64,000 nucleotides of DNA from Bugula neritina (lineage: Eukaryota > Animalia > Bryozoa): the NCBI GenBank assembly GCA_964035545.1, contig OZ037767.1, forward strand, positions 13,749,801 through 13,813,800, in the 5' to 3' direction. Both the position numbers and the translations under genes were made by a program. The notes beneath the pieces are model-generated. The model saw nothing but the letters and a program-made list of their open reading frames with translations, was not told where the DNA came from and made no database searches. Of the stretch, positions 25,034 to 39,300 are shown piece after piece. The first letter of the stretch is position 1. Every line of letters starts with the position of its first letter.

Positions 25034-26259
25034 GATGGGCAAACAAAAACCATCTGTCAAGTTTATTGGTTAAACCACTGAGTCTAGCTATAAAACATAA
25101 ACCCATTTTATTCCAGCATATATTATGAAGCAAGCATAAAATAGCACTGGATGCAAGAGGAAAAACTGCCATTCATGGAATAATTTGAAGTACTTGAAAC
25201 ATGACACAAATTATTACACACGGCAACATATTAAGTAGAAGAGTTACCGTTGAGTTTAGTGTTGATGAATTCGTAATGTGTGCCCAGATGCTAGTTGATA
25301 ATTATTAGACAAATATTGGATCTAAATTTACGCGTATTTTCATAAGCCACATGGAAGTGACAGGAAGTTAGATTGTAGGGGTTTGCACAGAAGAAATTCT
25401 TACCCAATTAACAGAAAGAAAATATTAAAGGAAACTAATATATTGAAAGGATTTGTTTACACATTTATGTATATATACAACAAGGGGATACAATTCTAAT
25501 ATACTAGAAGTGAAAAGGCATACAGTTTGGTAAATTTTATTAACAGTAACAACTGCCACTGTCACTTTCTTTTGAAGTGCCAATAACTGCTTGAAGTTTG
25601 TAGATCGCATTTTAAAATAAAAACTAAAACCCGTTTTTAGCCCTAAGCTTATTCCACTGTCAATATCTCAAAACTGATTAAATATAAGTTGCATTTAGTT
25701 TAGTGAATGCCAGACACCAACGCACACTAATACTTGTGTGCACTGATACTTATACTGTGATAGTGATAATAAATAGCAACATAAACTTTTTAATTTCAGA
25801 ATTAGAGCAGCAATTTACAAATCTTCCCTTGATGAATTATTGGCTATAGGCATAACATTAACAACTAGGTTGATTTTGATTTTAAAATTAAATTAAACTT
25901 ATTTTGCTTTTACTAAAAGTAAAAAGCCAACCTAAGAATAAACTCAAAATCTGAAATTAGGTACTGTCAATAGTAGACAGAAGCAGTACGGTGTAATAAC
26001 AAAATCTGCTACTGAATGAATAAATACATAATATTTGAAAATGTGTGATATACGCTTTTACTTTCAATAAAAAATATTCAATAGAGTATTATTTATATCA
26101 CTTTATTAAATTTTATATTATTTTCATATTACAAAATATGCAGAGTATTTTGATAGCACTAGCGTAAGAGTTTACCAGTAACAACATCAGTTAAACAGCG
26201 GACAAAATTATTAACTAATCACACTAAAATTTAAAACCAATTACAATTACACTCGAGAG

Positions 26260-27543
26260 CAGTAGTTCCCAATCTGAAGAGAAGTCCTCCCGAGGAGTTG
26301 GGATTTTTCATTTTTAGGGGGTAATTTCACATTTAAAAATTTCATGCTGGTTGCTAACGAATTTTGATTCTAAGTTTTGATCTAAGTTTACTTCTACATG
26401 CATGTGTCTACTCTAACTGCTACTTGTACTACTGTAAATGAAGGGTAAACAGTTTTTTGAAAGCAAAACCCAACAAGAACTTCTAACAGCCATGCAAGTT
26501 GATCTAAATAAACTATACTATCATACTGCATATAATACTTTGCAGATATATTTGCTACACCAAATAATCTGAACCTAAAAATGCATGAGTGTAATCATCA
26601 CATCATTGCTTTTCATAGTAGCATCAATGCTTTCAAAGCTGAACAGAAGTCGTGGTAGACACGATTTTAGGTAAAAATGGCGCACTGATGTTAAATTTTC
26701 CCAAACCCTAAACTTCCACTCCAAACCCAAACTCCCATTGCAAGCTCGAACCCTAAACCACCACAAGCCTAACCCCCAACTTCAATATTGAAAATTGGCC
26801 ATCTTTACCTACTTTTCCATTTGTGCCATTATTACATGTGCCAGTTTTACCTGTGCCATTTTTACAGGCACATATTCATATACAAATATTGTGTCTTTCT
26901 CCATTCTCAATGAATTATTAGGAAAAGAGCATGTTCCAGAATTTTTTACAAAACATTTCTGAGCATCTTTCTGAACTCGTAGATCTTGAAGTTACCTTTT
27001 TAAAAGGAAAAGATTCTCAACGTGACCCATTCCAAATGAGTCACACAAGGATTTTGAAATTCTCTTAATTGAGATAGTTAATAATTCTGCAATGAAATCT
27101 TTACCAATTGACGCGATCCAAAGCAAAGTCTATTCACTCATAGTGACAAAGCACTAAGAATTTTGGTCTTATTCAGCACTACCTTTCAATAATATGTGAG
27201 ATTATTATCAGTACTACTAAAAATGAGAAGAGAAACCGCTTTTCTTTGCAAAGTTACCGAGATGTGCCATGTCAAAAATTGAGCCAGCAAGCTGGCACAA
27301 AACTCTCGTCTGCAGCCATCACATTATTAATAACTAACTGCTCCATGTTTTATACATGCATAATAATATTGCAACCAATATATTATAATCAAATGTTTTA
27401 GAAAAATATAGATTTTTATCACAATATGTTATGTCCTTTTTTTAAAGTAGGCTACATATAAATTGTAATTTTTGAAAGGGAGAAATTAATAGTAAACTTT
27501 AATGAAAGGGGGAATAGTATAAAAAAAAGGTTGGGAACCACTG
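26260..27543 (+). mobile_element. Decayed Charlie/Buster-type hAT transposon remnant
   Basis: TIRs CAGTAGTTCCCAATCT / AGGTTGGGAACCACTG (14/16 match); relic transposase C-terminus near 27140-27325 (SDKALRILVLFSTT, KNEKRNR, RCAMSKIEP, QPSH); TSD no longer recognisable. Confidence 0.7.
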
Positions 27544-29379
27544 ATGTACAATGACTATAAAACTAAAAGTTAAAGTACAATCATCAGTGAAAGTGAGTAT
27601 CATAATTACTGTAACAGGTATACTTATACTATAATATTAATAGTATTATAGTATAAGGGGTTTCTGTCACTCCGTACACAAACTGCTGTACACAAAATGA
27701 ATAATGAATTAACTCTAAACCTAAATAATAAAATTAAGTATCAAGAAAATATAAAATAAATGTGCATTTATATGTTAATTTATAGCCTATTGATGTGTAC
27801 GAAACGACCTGAAAAAGTGGGTAGGAAATGACTTATGTACGAAATGACCTGCACCCAGTATAATTATACATGCAACTGTTATAGTAATTGTAGTTAATGT
27901 TGTTGTTTGTTTGTTCTGTTAGAACCTTTAGACCCCTATATATGGGGAAGTGAAGAACTATAATTATAATAATCATAATGATAATGTAAATAATATTGAT
28001 AAAAATATAATTCAAAGTTAAAATCAATCACAATGTGATTTTAATGTCTATTACAGCTACACCACAAATTAAATCCAAAATAAATTCAATTAAATAGAAA
28101 AATGATAATCATAATGATAATGATAATCATGATGCAAATTAATAAATAACTTAACAGCCAAAAAAGCTGACAATGCTGATTCGAATGAAACTAAAAACAA
28201 AAAACAAATGACACTCACACTAATTTTAAGTTTAACAGTAACACTTAACAGTTATACTTATTGTTAACACTTAACAGACTCAGAGTCAGAGTGAGCGTGA
28301 CTGTGAGAGCCACTCTCACTCTCAGAGTGAGTGAGCGTGAGACTGAGTGTGACAGACTCACAGTCACCCTCAGAGTAAGAGATTAATTAATTACGAAATT
28401 CTTATCTTAAAATTTTCTGAAAAATAACTAACAAGTAATGAACTTGAAACTAAAAGTTGTACGTGACACGGACAACGACTGCAAAATACAAGTTGAAGTA
28501 GCAAAACATTACATTACAGGAAGTACAAGTGTTTCCTAGTAACTTAATTTCTAACAGAGACGTCGTCAACAACAAAAAATTAAACTCCAGTTTTTAATTT
28601 TATAAAATAATTTTGATTTCACTACAGTTTTAATTGTTATTATTGTAAACTATAAAAAGACACTAGAAATTTCCACATAATTTTGATTACCCTTCTGTTA
28701 AACATTAGTATTGCTTAGGTACTTAAATTTTCTCCTTGTCACGTGCGCAAAAAGATGTTCTTCAATTTCAAGGTTGGATTCTTTTTCAGTTTTTTGTATT
28801 TGAAATTAAACTCTGGCTTTGCTCGGATTGGCTGTTTGGCGTAGAACTAACCTTTACAGTTTGAAATAGACATTTTAACATTATTTGCGTTCCTACCAGT
28901 TTAATAATAATTGTGTTATTCTACAGTTTCAAACATAAAGTTGAGCATTTTCATTTTGATCTTCGTTGCCAACGTGAAACTTTGAAACTTGAAGTTGAAG
29001 TTAAACTCAGTTAAAGTGAGTTAACGCCATCACCATGGCTGTTGCGGTTGCCCATTCTTATTCTGGCTCAGTAATTCACGTTCACATTGCCAAGTTGAAG
29101 TTGGACTGTTAGCGTTGCAGTTTTCTCTTCGGCTTCAGTTTTACTTTTACTTTTAGGTCATTTTGGTTTTGATTTAGTTTAAGCTAAACTCTAAGTTTTA
29201 GTTTAGATTGTCATTGTAATAGTAGTACTAATGTAAAATTAATTTAAAATATTAATAGATGATAATAATCATAAGGAATATGATAATTTTGACAAGTATT
29301 ATTACTTATTAAGCTTTGTAAATGTAATGCTAGACATAATTATAATAATTTGTAGAAAAGCTAAATCAAAAGCAACCTG

Positions 29380-32300
29380 ATGGTGAGGATGGAAGAAATT
29401 ACCCACTCGAATGTCATACAGCATTACACGAAGTTCATTCTCGGTGAAACTGACAGACTTGAACCTCTCTTGTAAGACTACATATTTGGTCTTTTAGCCC
29501 CCTTGATATTTGGCCTTTTAGCTTCCTTGTAACAAAATAAATAAACAGCGTCCATGTGCGAAGTGGCAAAGTTAGCCTAGCGTCTATCTGGGATGACACC
29601 CTTGCTAAATTTTAGTTTGTGTCTCTGTGTAAGAGTATGATCATGATGTGCTTGTGCTAATGGTAGGTTTGATGGATTGTGTAGTAAAAGTCTTCTAGAC
29701 GTTTCGTCAGTTTATCTGAAACTGTTTGTTCAGGCAAACTGGACTGGACCAACTCTTTCAACACCCGACATTGTCTCACAACTTCATATCCCTTCGGAGG
29801 TGATGGTTTAAAACTAGTGTTCAACATATTGCCATCGTAATTCTCTCTGTCCAATTACATAAATGATATTTCAAGTCAGATGAATAAATAACAGTACTTT
29901 CTGTGCTGAATAATCTAGCACAATTTCTCCAACTTCTTTTTTCAACTCTCAATTTCTTTGATATTTGATACATAATTGAAGAAAACTTGCTTTATTTAAG
30001 GCTTTGATATCTGATGATGGGCTGCGCAGATGCCGGGATTGGCTTGGTGTTGATGGTGAAACCGTTTTAGAAAAGATAGAATTCCCATTTTTGCTTTTTG
30101 TTGCTCGTCATATTCTTTCTGCTTCACCACTGGCACTTGATTCGAATAAGTCAAAGGTAAATAGGTCTGAATGCTCCCTTAAGCAAGGCTCAAAGTTCAT
30201 TTTATTACTCCTGCCACATGTTATTAATTTTAGCCAACATAGTATGGTTTACATCGTAGAAAACTGAAACTAGCCAAAAATGGTATTATCTCACTATGCA
30301 TACTGCATTTGTACCATACTTTTTGCCTTACATTTGTATCATTAAATTTATTTGTTCTGTGTAGAATTGGTCAATCTGCAAACTGTATAAAAGTAGTGAT
30401 AATGCAAAGCTAGCTCATTTCTTATTGGAATAAATTTCTCACTGCTAGAGCACAGTGACAGTGACTCACCCTTGCATACATGCAGTGGCTGTTCCTGCTG
30501 ATTTCAGTTGTGGCTCATCACTCAGTTGAAGTCTGTATTTGCCCACCAAAAGTTTATTGACGAGAAATGTGAGTCACTGAAGACTGAGGCTATAGCCTGT
30601 GTTACTTCACTGCAAGCAAACCCTTCTGATTTACACAATGCAGGTTAGCTACAGTTCTATCAGGATTTCTGAAATGGTAAAGAGACTTTTTAAATTAAAA
30701 GCATAGTATAGTTGGCTATAAAGACAAGCTCTGTGTAACATAACATATATCATTGCTTAGCTTCCACACACTGCTCAATATTTCTTCTCTTCATGCTCTA
30801 AGTAAAATACGATCTATTCGTGAGCCTTTTCAATTAATTTTATCTTTTCTACCATGTGTAATTCTCCCCCCCCCCCCACTCTACCGTAGACTACATATCA
30901 ACAACAGCTTAGTTTACCAAGTGGAGATGCAAAAGTTGTGGCCCTTGTTCTTATGTATCATGTATAATGAACTCCCCTACTACCTCGTTACCTACAATGT
31001 AAGTTCTCCAGATTATGTGTAGGTTCTGGTGTTTCAGATGAGCGGAATATAAATACAGAGTGGAAACTACTTGCTGTTGGAATATGCAGAGACTATTTCC
31101 AGCATAGCCTGTGTGCCGAACTGCTGGAGGAGGTGAAACTTGACTCAGGACTCAACATCAACCTCTCCGGTAGAGTGTTTACTTGTGGATATTGAGCAAA
31201 GGCTGTCTGCCAGGTGTTTGTGGCACATTAGATGTATCTGTGTATTGTCGTATCCCAATGAATTCTCTCAGCATGTCTAGTAGCTATGGGATATTTTATG
31301 CCTAACTCCAGACGTAGTTATGTAACTCATGTCGGTATTTTTTCCGGCAGCTCATTTAGCTTTTCTTGACATTACAGGTATACCTGGAAAGCGCACCAGG
31401 TACCAGCAGAAAGACATTGCTCAGTTGGTGCTCACTGTGCAGAGCACCGAGACCTCCAGAGCCGCCTCTTCCGACGCTCCTCCAGACCTGCCCATAGTGG
31501 AGCCACTTAATGACGACACGGTGCTGGAGCAGGTGAAGCTGCTGGAACCAGTAGACCACACTGCTGAGATACACTGGCTGGACCAGTGTCTGCTCATTGC
31601 TCTTTGGTAAGGTACAGCGTGGTATATACAGTGTGTTTCTCCTCCAGCTCTTTTATTGTATGACTTATATTGATGGGTGGTTTTTAGTGAACAGAACCGT
31701 TACGTCAAGGGAGAGGCTGATACTGCCATCACTGAAGAGGAAACCATGGCTTATATTAATGTATGTCTTCACTACTTATTACTCTTCATTACTTATTAGT
31801 TTTTACAATTCCCTAACTACTCATCATGTTTCACTCCTTTTTCACTTTTCACTCTTTGATAGTCCATCCTAATTTTATCAAAGATGTCCCATAATGCACA
31901 ACTGCTTCCTAGAGTTCAACAAATAGTTAAATACATATAATGCTACCATCTCTATTCACTGCTGGATGGTAACAAGTCTGTAGTCATCTGATTCTAGTAT
32001 ATTCTGAGGAGCTCTCAAGATTGGAGCACTCAGTTCAAGTCTCTACTCATACGATGTCTCACGGAAAAGGGTAGCGCCAGACGTGTGGAGAGGTCATTGC
32101 GACAAATGGAGGAGCTGTGTACTCTACCTTCAAGGTGCGAGAGTAGCGGAGAAGACCGACTGAGGGGCGTGTTCGCTTCCAGACTGCCTCCCATATATGA
32201 GGTTTTGGTATGTAGGCTAATAATTGTTTTCTACTTGACTATCAATACTTTGTGTTCTCTCATGACTACATGTGCTGAAATATATCCTGTGTGAATGTAT

Positions 32301-33513
32301 TCTTGCTAAATCAATTTATTCTATTTTTATAACAAGAATCTTAACTCTACTTTGGCTTTACAACTTCGTGATATTTGTATTGACTTTCTTGTTCTTTTGC
32401 GCTTAAGCACTTCTGGTTCAATGATGGACTTTGTCAATTAGTAGTAGTAAAGACTTTGCGGGATTCAGCAGGCTGGTGTGTATTTTAATAGAATTGTGTG
32501 ATATTTAGAAAAGTCGGGGCGAGCTGGAGATGGAGCTAGGTCTATACAGTTCTGCTATGGAGACATTTACCAAACTCAGCCTCTGGCACCCTCTGATAGT
32601 TTGCTGTCACCGAGCTGGGCGAACTGGTAAGGTAGGTTATTCACCTCATCTCCCGGCCTCATCACATCACCTCACCAGTTGTGTTTTCAGAGAATCGCGC
32701 AGACAAAGCTGCCTTGTAATTTGGAGTTCAGACAGCGATGTGTATACAAATACAGTCATCAGTCACCCTCAACTCGGTGCTGCTGCTGCAAACTGCTGCC
32801 TGTGACACCTGTCTGGGTCACTGTGTTGTCTCAATCAGCTGCAATGACTTCTACTGCAGGCGGAGGAGCTGATTAGAGAGAGACTAGCTGTAGAGGAAAC
32901 GCCCGTGTTGTACTGCAGTCTCTCAGATGTGACCTCCGACCCCCAGTATTGGCACAAGGCGTGGGAACTGTCCAATCAGAAGTCTGCTAGGGCCATGCGG
33001 GGACTCGCCTTCCATTATCTGCGAGCCTGTGAGGTTTGATTCACCAGTTTATATTCTTTAGATGCAGACCTCCTGGCCGGTTTTGAATGGTTGGAGGCAG
33101 GGTTTTAGTTAATCGAGTTGATTTGGCATGTATTCATCAATTTTTTGAGATTCGGTGATATTTTATTCTAATAATTGTATTATAATGTTAGGACTAAACA
33201 TTAATTTTTATTATCTATGCATTACTAGCTCTAACTATTTATCTTAAGTTTGTAGTATTTATTCTAAGAATATTTGACCACGTAATGATGTTTTTTCTTC
33301 CAGTTTGAGAAATCTATGGAATACTTTGAGAAGACGTTGGCAATCAATTCGTTGCAGTTGGGATGCTGGTTTTCATATGGTTGTGCTTCGCTAGCCTTGA
33401 GTGATTATGAGAAGGCAGCGGCTGCCTTTAGACGAGCCGTCAGCCTCAATCCGGATAACTTTGAGGCTTGGAATAACCTCGCGGCAGCATATGCAAGGAG
33501 TCATCAAAAGTAA

Positions 33514-33552
<39 letters not shown>

Positions 33553-33555
33553 CAT

Positions 33556-33593
<38 letters not shown>

Positions 33594-35869
33594 GTATTAC
33601 TACTACCATTACTACTACTGCTACTACTACTACTACTACTAATACTACTACCACTAATACTACTGCTGCTACTACTACTACTACTACTAGCACTACTAGT
33701 ACTACTACTACCATTACTACTGCTACTACTACTACAGCTACTACTACTAGCACTACTACTACCATTACTACTAATACTGCTACTACTAATACTACTAGTA
33801 CTTATACTACTACTTGTCCTACATTCTTTTTAGATTCTACCCTTGATTATTTTGCCACGACATCTTTATTTCATGTTTCTATATCCCATCTTGTAGTATT
33901 TTGCACCCTGTGTATTCTAAGGACACTGTGTAGATGCCCCTGTATGTCATTCTACATGGTAACCTACATAGAAGGTATTGCAGAGCTGAGAGGTGTAACC
34001 TGGTGTACGGTGCTGCAGGTGATATACTTGTGATGTGCTATGCTAGGGACATATCACAGGTATATTGCTTGGACTACCACTGCATTGTGTCGTCTGCTAA
34101 GTCACTTCCTGTTCTGGTGACCTTGACCTCGATGCGGTTCAGTCGTCAGAACATGATATGTTCTATATATACTATACACTACACCATACTTTACACGTAT
34201 ATACTTTACACGTATATACTTTACACGTATATACTTTACACGTATATACTATACACACACATACTATACACACATACTATACACACACATACTATACACA
34301 TATACTATACACATATATACTATAACGCATACATACTACATTACTGTATGGTCTGTAATACTATTTTCATTTGGTATTTTAGTTGGTTCCACTGAATAGG
34401 GGTGGTTTGGCTTGCTGTGTTGAGATATTTATACTAGTATTTTGTATACTCATAGACCAAGAGCATTTGCCGTGCTGCAAGATGCTATAAAGTGTAGCTA
34501 CGACAACTGGAAGGTGTGGGAGAACTACACAGTCATAGGAGCAGACTGTGGACAGATTTCTGAGGTCATCAGAGGGGCTCATCGTATCCTTGACCTTACT
34601 GGCAAGTGGCAGGATGAACAGGTACTTGTGTGTCACTGTAACTTGTGTGTCATATGTACAGGTGTCAGGAAGCACATGCTGTGTGGAGTCCTTCATAACC
34701 TTGATTAAACATGTGCTTCGACTCAATTTATTTTGGGTAAACATTTTGTATGTTGCTGGATTAGCTTGAGAATTGCACAGGGTTTTGAATGTATGTTGGA
34801 TATTATTGCTTAACTTGAGCTGGTTTGGATTGTGTTGTAAGCTATGGGATCATAATGCTAAATATATTCATGCAGTCTACATTCTTGCATATTAACACAA
34901 TGGCCAAGTAGCTAATTCCCATGCACATTGTCATTATAATACTTTGAAGAATATGGATTGCTGTAATAGGTGAATCAACTAGTATTTGTGCGAGACAGAC
35001 TTAGATTCTTCATATTTCTTATTGGCAGGTGGTAAAGTACCTGACCAGATGTGTCATGGATGACATAGTAGATGCCACAAACAAACCCTCTTCTCTGCAT
35101 AAACCAGCCCTCCTCAAGCTGCTCGGCCACACCACCTCAAAGGTGACAAATTGCTCAGCCATATGGAGATGTTACGGCCAGCTTTTGCTAGACGACAAAA
35201 ACATCAGCCCAGAAACTCTGGAAAGGGTGAGTAACTGTAGGAAGTGCAGAAGCTCAGATATTGTGAAGATATTTATAGAAAGTCTGAAAGCTTATAGGGA
35301 AGTTAAGTTACTCTGGATAGTTTAATCAGCTTGGAAAAGTGTGGGTTGATGTGAGAAGTCGTTATGACTTTACTACGAGTAGCAGAACTGAGTGGAAGTT
35401 CCGTTCATATCCTGACAGTTTCTTTGGGCCGAATTTTGTTCGTTGCTCTTCTTGTTGCATCCAACACATCCTATCCAACACATCTTAACATGTAATACTC
35501 GAGTGACTCATCTAAAACCCACTATATTGGTTTCCCGTGGTGAATCTCGCGTCTTTCTCTTTTCTGCAGGGTACCCAGTGTCTCCAGAAGGCTTACAGAT
35601 GTGCCACTAACAAACCTGGCTGGGAGAAAGATCTGGAAAAATGTCAACTCAACACTGAAATACTGAAGGAACTCGTAGATTCCTATAAAACTGTGGCCAA
35701 TAAGAAACACATGAGCACTGCGAGATTGCAGCTCAAGGGGCATATTTCAAGGTTGAAGCAAGGTCACACGGACCCTGTTACTAAAGACATATCAAATGAG
35801 TCAATTAAAACATATTTATTAGAACTTGAAAATATATTATCTAATCTCCCGACACCTACTGATTCGTAG
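29380..35869 (+). CDS. TTC27: Tetratricopeptide repeat protein 27 (Emw1-like), multi-exon; start at ATG 29380 or 29389, some internal boundaries approximate
   Basis: LFVQANWTGP (~29720-29750); GKRTRYQQKDIAQLVL; LNDDTVLE; RVERSLRQMEEL; TPR exon WFSYGCASLALSDYEKAAAAFRRAVSLNPDNFEAWNNLAAAY; NWKVWENY; TAG at 35867-35869. Confidence 0.92.
33513..33813. repeat. (TAC)n microsatellite at the start of a TTC27 intron
   Basis: Long imperfect tac run starting right after the AA|GTAA donor. Confidence 0.97.
34165..34340. repeat. 15-bp (tatactttacacgta) / TATAC-rich tandem repeat
   Basis: Visible tandem units. Confidence 0.85.
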
Positions 35870-36329
35870 TATTTTTATTGTATTTTTACAGAAATGATGT
35901 GTGTGATAAAGTAACATTACAATAAATATTAAATATGTCTTTTCACAGGAGTGGTTATTATATACAATCAACTTTGTGTTTTGGCACACATGTAGAAACT
36001 TTGTGTTTGAAACAAAGCTGTTTGGCGTGACAAGGTACGGCATAAATAGAAAATAATCTGAAATTAAGTCTCACTAAACTATGTAATTGAGTAGAAGATA
36101 TGTGGAAGTGATAATTGCAAGGATCATAATTCCAACTGGGCTTGCATAAATTCTAAAACTTCTTTTCCTAAAATAGGCTGGTAAGTTGATGATAATATTT
36201 GGTGCTGAGCTAGTGTATTGTAGCCAAGAATAAGAAGTGTTACGGGTTTGCGTAAATCATGTGCCAGTATGGGCTCTCTAGGGTCTGCCCAGCTTCATAC
36301 TGGTTGGTCTGTCTTTGCTCTAAGGCTTT

Positions 36330-39300
36330 TTATGAAGGTAGATTGCTGTTGGAAAGACTTAGCATTGGCTTGGATACGAATATGCTAAGTTTGCTTAGAG
36401 TAGGTGTCTTGGATCTGCTCATATTGTTGACATAGTCCTTGTAATCGTCTGACCGTATGAATCTCGTGTAACTGTCGTTCTTCATCAGATTGAATATGTG
36501 CTCCTAACAATGTGGAGAATAAAACAGATGAGTCATACAGCCAAGTGGTACTCTACTTCACCTGTAGTGAAGGTAGTTAAGTATGACGTATGCAACTTTG
36601 ATCCTGATAGGAGATATTGTATTAGGAAAGGGCAGTAAGTTCTTGAAAAAAAACTCCTTAACTACCTACATGGTTTGCTATACAACTGAAATTATAATTT
36701 GTTCAACCATTGAAATGCGCTTTTACCTTTTAAGGAAAAATATTTCATTATGGTTTAAAGTAGCCAATCATTACAAGTTCAATGGTTTTCAGGTGAAGAG
36801 TTGCACCAGAACATAATATAGCTGGATATTTGAAGACTCAGCAGTTCAACAGTCCTAGTTAATATATTGGTTAACTCTACTAGCTGTCACTGCTAACATC
36901 TTAACTGTTGTTAATTCAATAAGTCATGTTGAACATTTTGATAGTTGACCACTTGGTATAAACTGGAAAAGCTAAAAAGTCTAAAAGTGTGTTGTTAGAA
37001 AGGAGTCAATTTAAAGTCAGCTACGAATTGTTATGAAGGGGACTGACCTCAGCAGGGTCAAAGGAGTACCTCCCTCCCCCTTCACAGGTGCTCTTTCTCA
37101 CTTGATCCGCCACTTGGGCATCCACGTTGATCAAATACTTTGCATCTTCCACTAAGTATAACCTGCAGAAAATTTGTATAAAATTTCACTAAGCATAACC
37201 TGCAAAAAATTTAAATGGCATTTAGATGCAAACATGACAACACTTGTATTTATGATTTTGTGCTCTGAATATTAGAGGAACACGCAGCAGTTCTTACTTG
37301 AGGGTAGCTTTCATTGATGTCCCTATTACTGAAAGCATGAAATTTTGATAGAATGTGCTGAAATATAACTGCACACACATTTGGTAGCAGTTCAAGACAA
37401 GGAAATATGTTGAGATGGAAAACAAAACAAAGACAATTATCATCACAAGGAGCAGTTAGTCAATGTACAGCATATGATGACAAGAGAAAACAATTCTTAC
37501 TGATATATTTCAGCAACTTTCTGAGGCACTTGACTCATGGGCAGCGCCTTCACTTGTCTGCAGTCAGCATAAAAGTCTAAATTCTCTGCACTGAATTCCT
37601 TCTGTAGAAACTTGGCAAACTGGTGATAGCCTACAGGGTCCTTGAGCAACTCCGTGATACTGATCTCCCATCTGCAGTTGTTATATAACTTGTTGAATCA
37701 AGCAAGGTTTATGCTACATCAGTTCAAGCTTTTTAAATATTTTTACACTAAGTTTCATCTTGCATGTTGAAGATTTAAGTTTTAGATGGTCTTTTGTTTA
37801 AAAGTATGAATGTAATATTTTTCTCCGCAGTAAATATTTTATGTCAAACTTAAATAAAAATACTAGTGATTGCATATGCCATGATAAATATATACACTAA
37901 AATGTAATATAAAAGCATAAATACTCATACCCATATTAAATTTAGTAGTTTAGTAAGTTTCATGACAGTATCCATATTGTCAGTATAGTATAAATATACA
38001 CTTTGTAAAGTAGACAACCTGACATCATGCACCGACACATGCCAACAAGTGGTTGCATACCTTTTATACCTTCGCTGTGACACTACTGCATTAGATGCCT
38101 CACTATCCCAGAAGTCTGTGTTCTCAACTATCCAAGGGCTACCTTGATCTGACGGTGTCAACATCTCATCGAACTCATTGTACAAGTTTGAGTAGTTCTT
38201 TAGACTGCAGTTATAAACGGGTCAGAAAAGATAAAGAGAGGATTACTCCTAACCATAAGTTATAATATGCAAATTATGTTGAAGTACTGAAACTACTATG
38301 AAGTTTCACAGTTATGGTTTAGAACTGCATTTTTATTTTTCAGCTGATCATAATCCCAATTTTCGGCAATCAATTTTCCCCAAAATGCTAAATTCACGGA
38401 AATTGACTTGCAAAAAGAAGCACTCAAATCCAAATCTCTATACTGTAACTACTTTCAGCGATGAATTGAAATTTTGAACCTGTAGAAGATGAGCTATTGA
38501 ACAAGCACTGTGTTAACTTGTTTGATTTATATAGTTATGCCTATTGAATGCAACAAAACTGTAGTCTTGTCCAATCATAGTAATTGTCAATTTTTTGCAC
38601 AAAATCAGAAGGTATAATAATTGCTTAACATCTAAAATATTTTCTCATACAATAAATCAATAAATCTTGTAATACAATCATAAAAGTGAATTTTGAAGCC
38701 TTCACTTACCTTTCATATACTTTTGATAACTTCTGACGCCGCCTATCTAGCTGCCGTTTCAAAAAGTCTATTTGCCCCTTAAGGGATTCTGTCGGACTAC
38801 CTTTGGGGTCTGGACAACCTCTGATGAACTAAAGTAAATAATTGCAAAACATGCAACAATGAGTGAAATGTGCACTATAAATATGTAGCAATGCATACAA
38901 GGGGCAAAATGTACATGGAGCAATATTTACATGCTCACACCCCTCCCACAATATATGTATTGGCAATAAACAATTTGTGAGGCTATATAGACATGGGGTA
39001 ATATGGACATATTAAGCAACAACACACACACACACACCCACTACACACACATACACACGCACGCACACACGCACATACACACACATACACGCACTCGCGC
39101 ACATACACACACGTGCACACATACACGCACGCGCACACATACACACGTATTGTAGTTCTCTAGAGTCAAAATATATTTTGTTATGTAATAAGGAAATATT
39201 GTTATTGAAGCCAAAAAAGTTCAGATACTGTTCACATGATTTATGACTACTTGGTACAAATTACTCACCTCACAGAACAAAGAACTGAACTACATGTAAA

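Noticed and set aside
26660-26870. Telomere-like ACCCTAAA motifs with short inverted repeats (similar at 27660-27860)
   Set aside because: Too few and degenerate for an interstitial telomere; probably decayed small transposons whose ends cannot be defined.
33391-34033. Poly-Thr and poly-Val ORFs (mucin-like)
   Set aside because: Translations of an intronic (TAC)n microsatellite.
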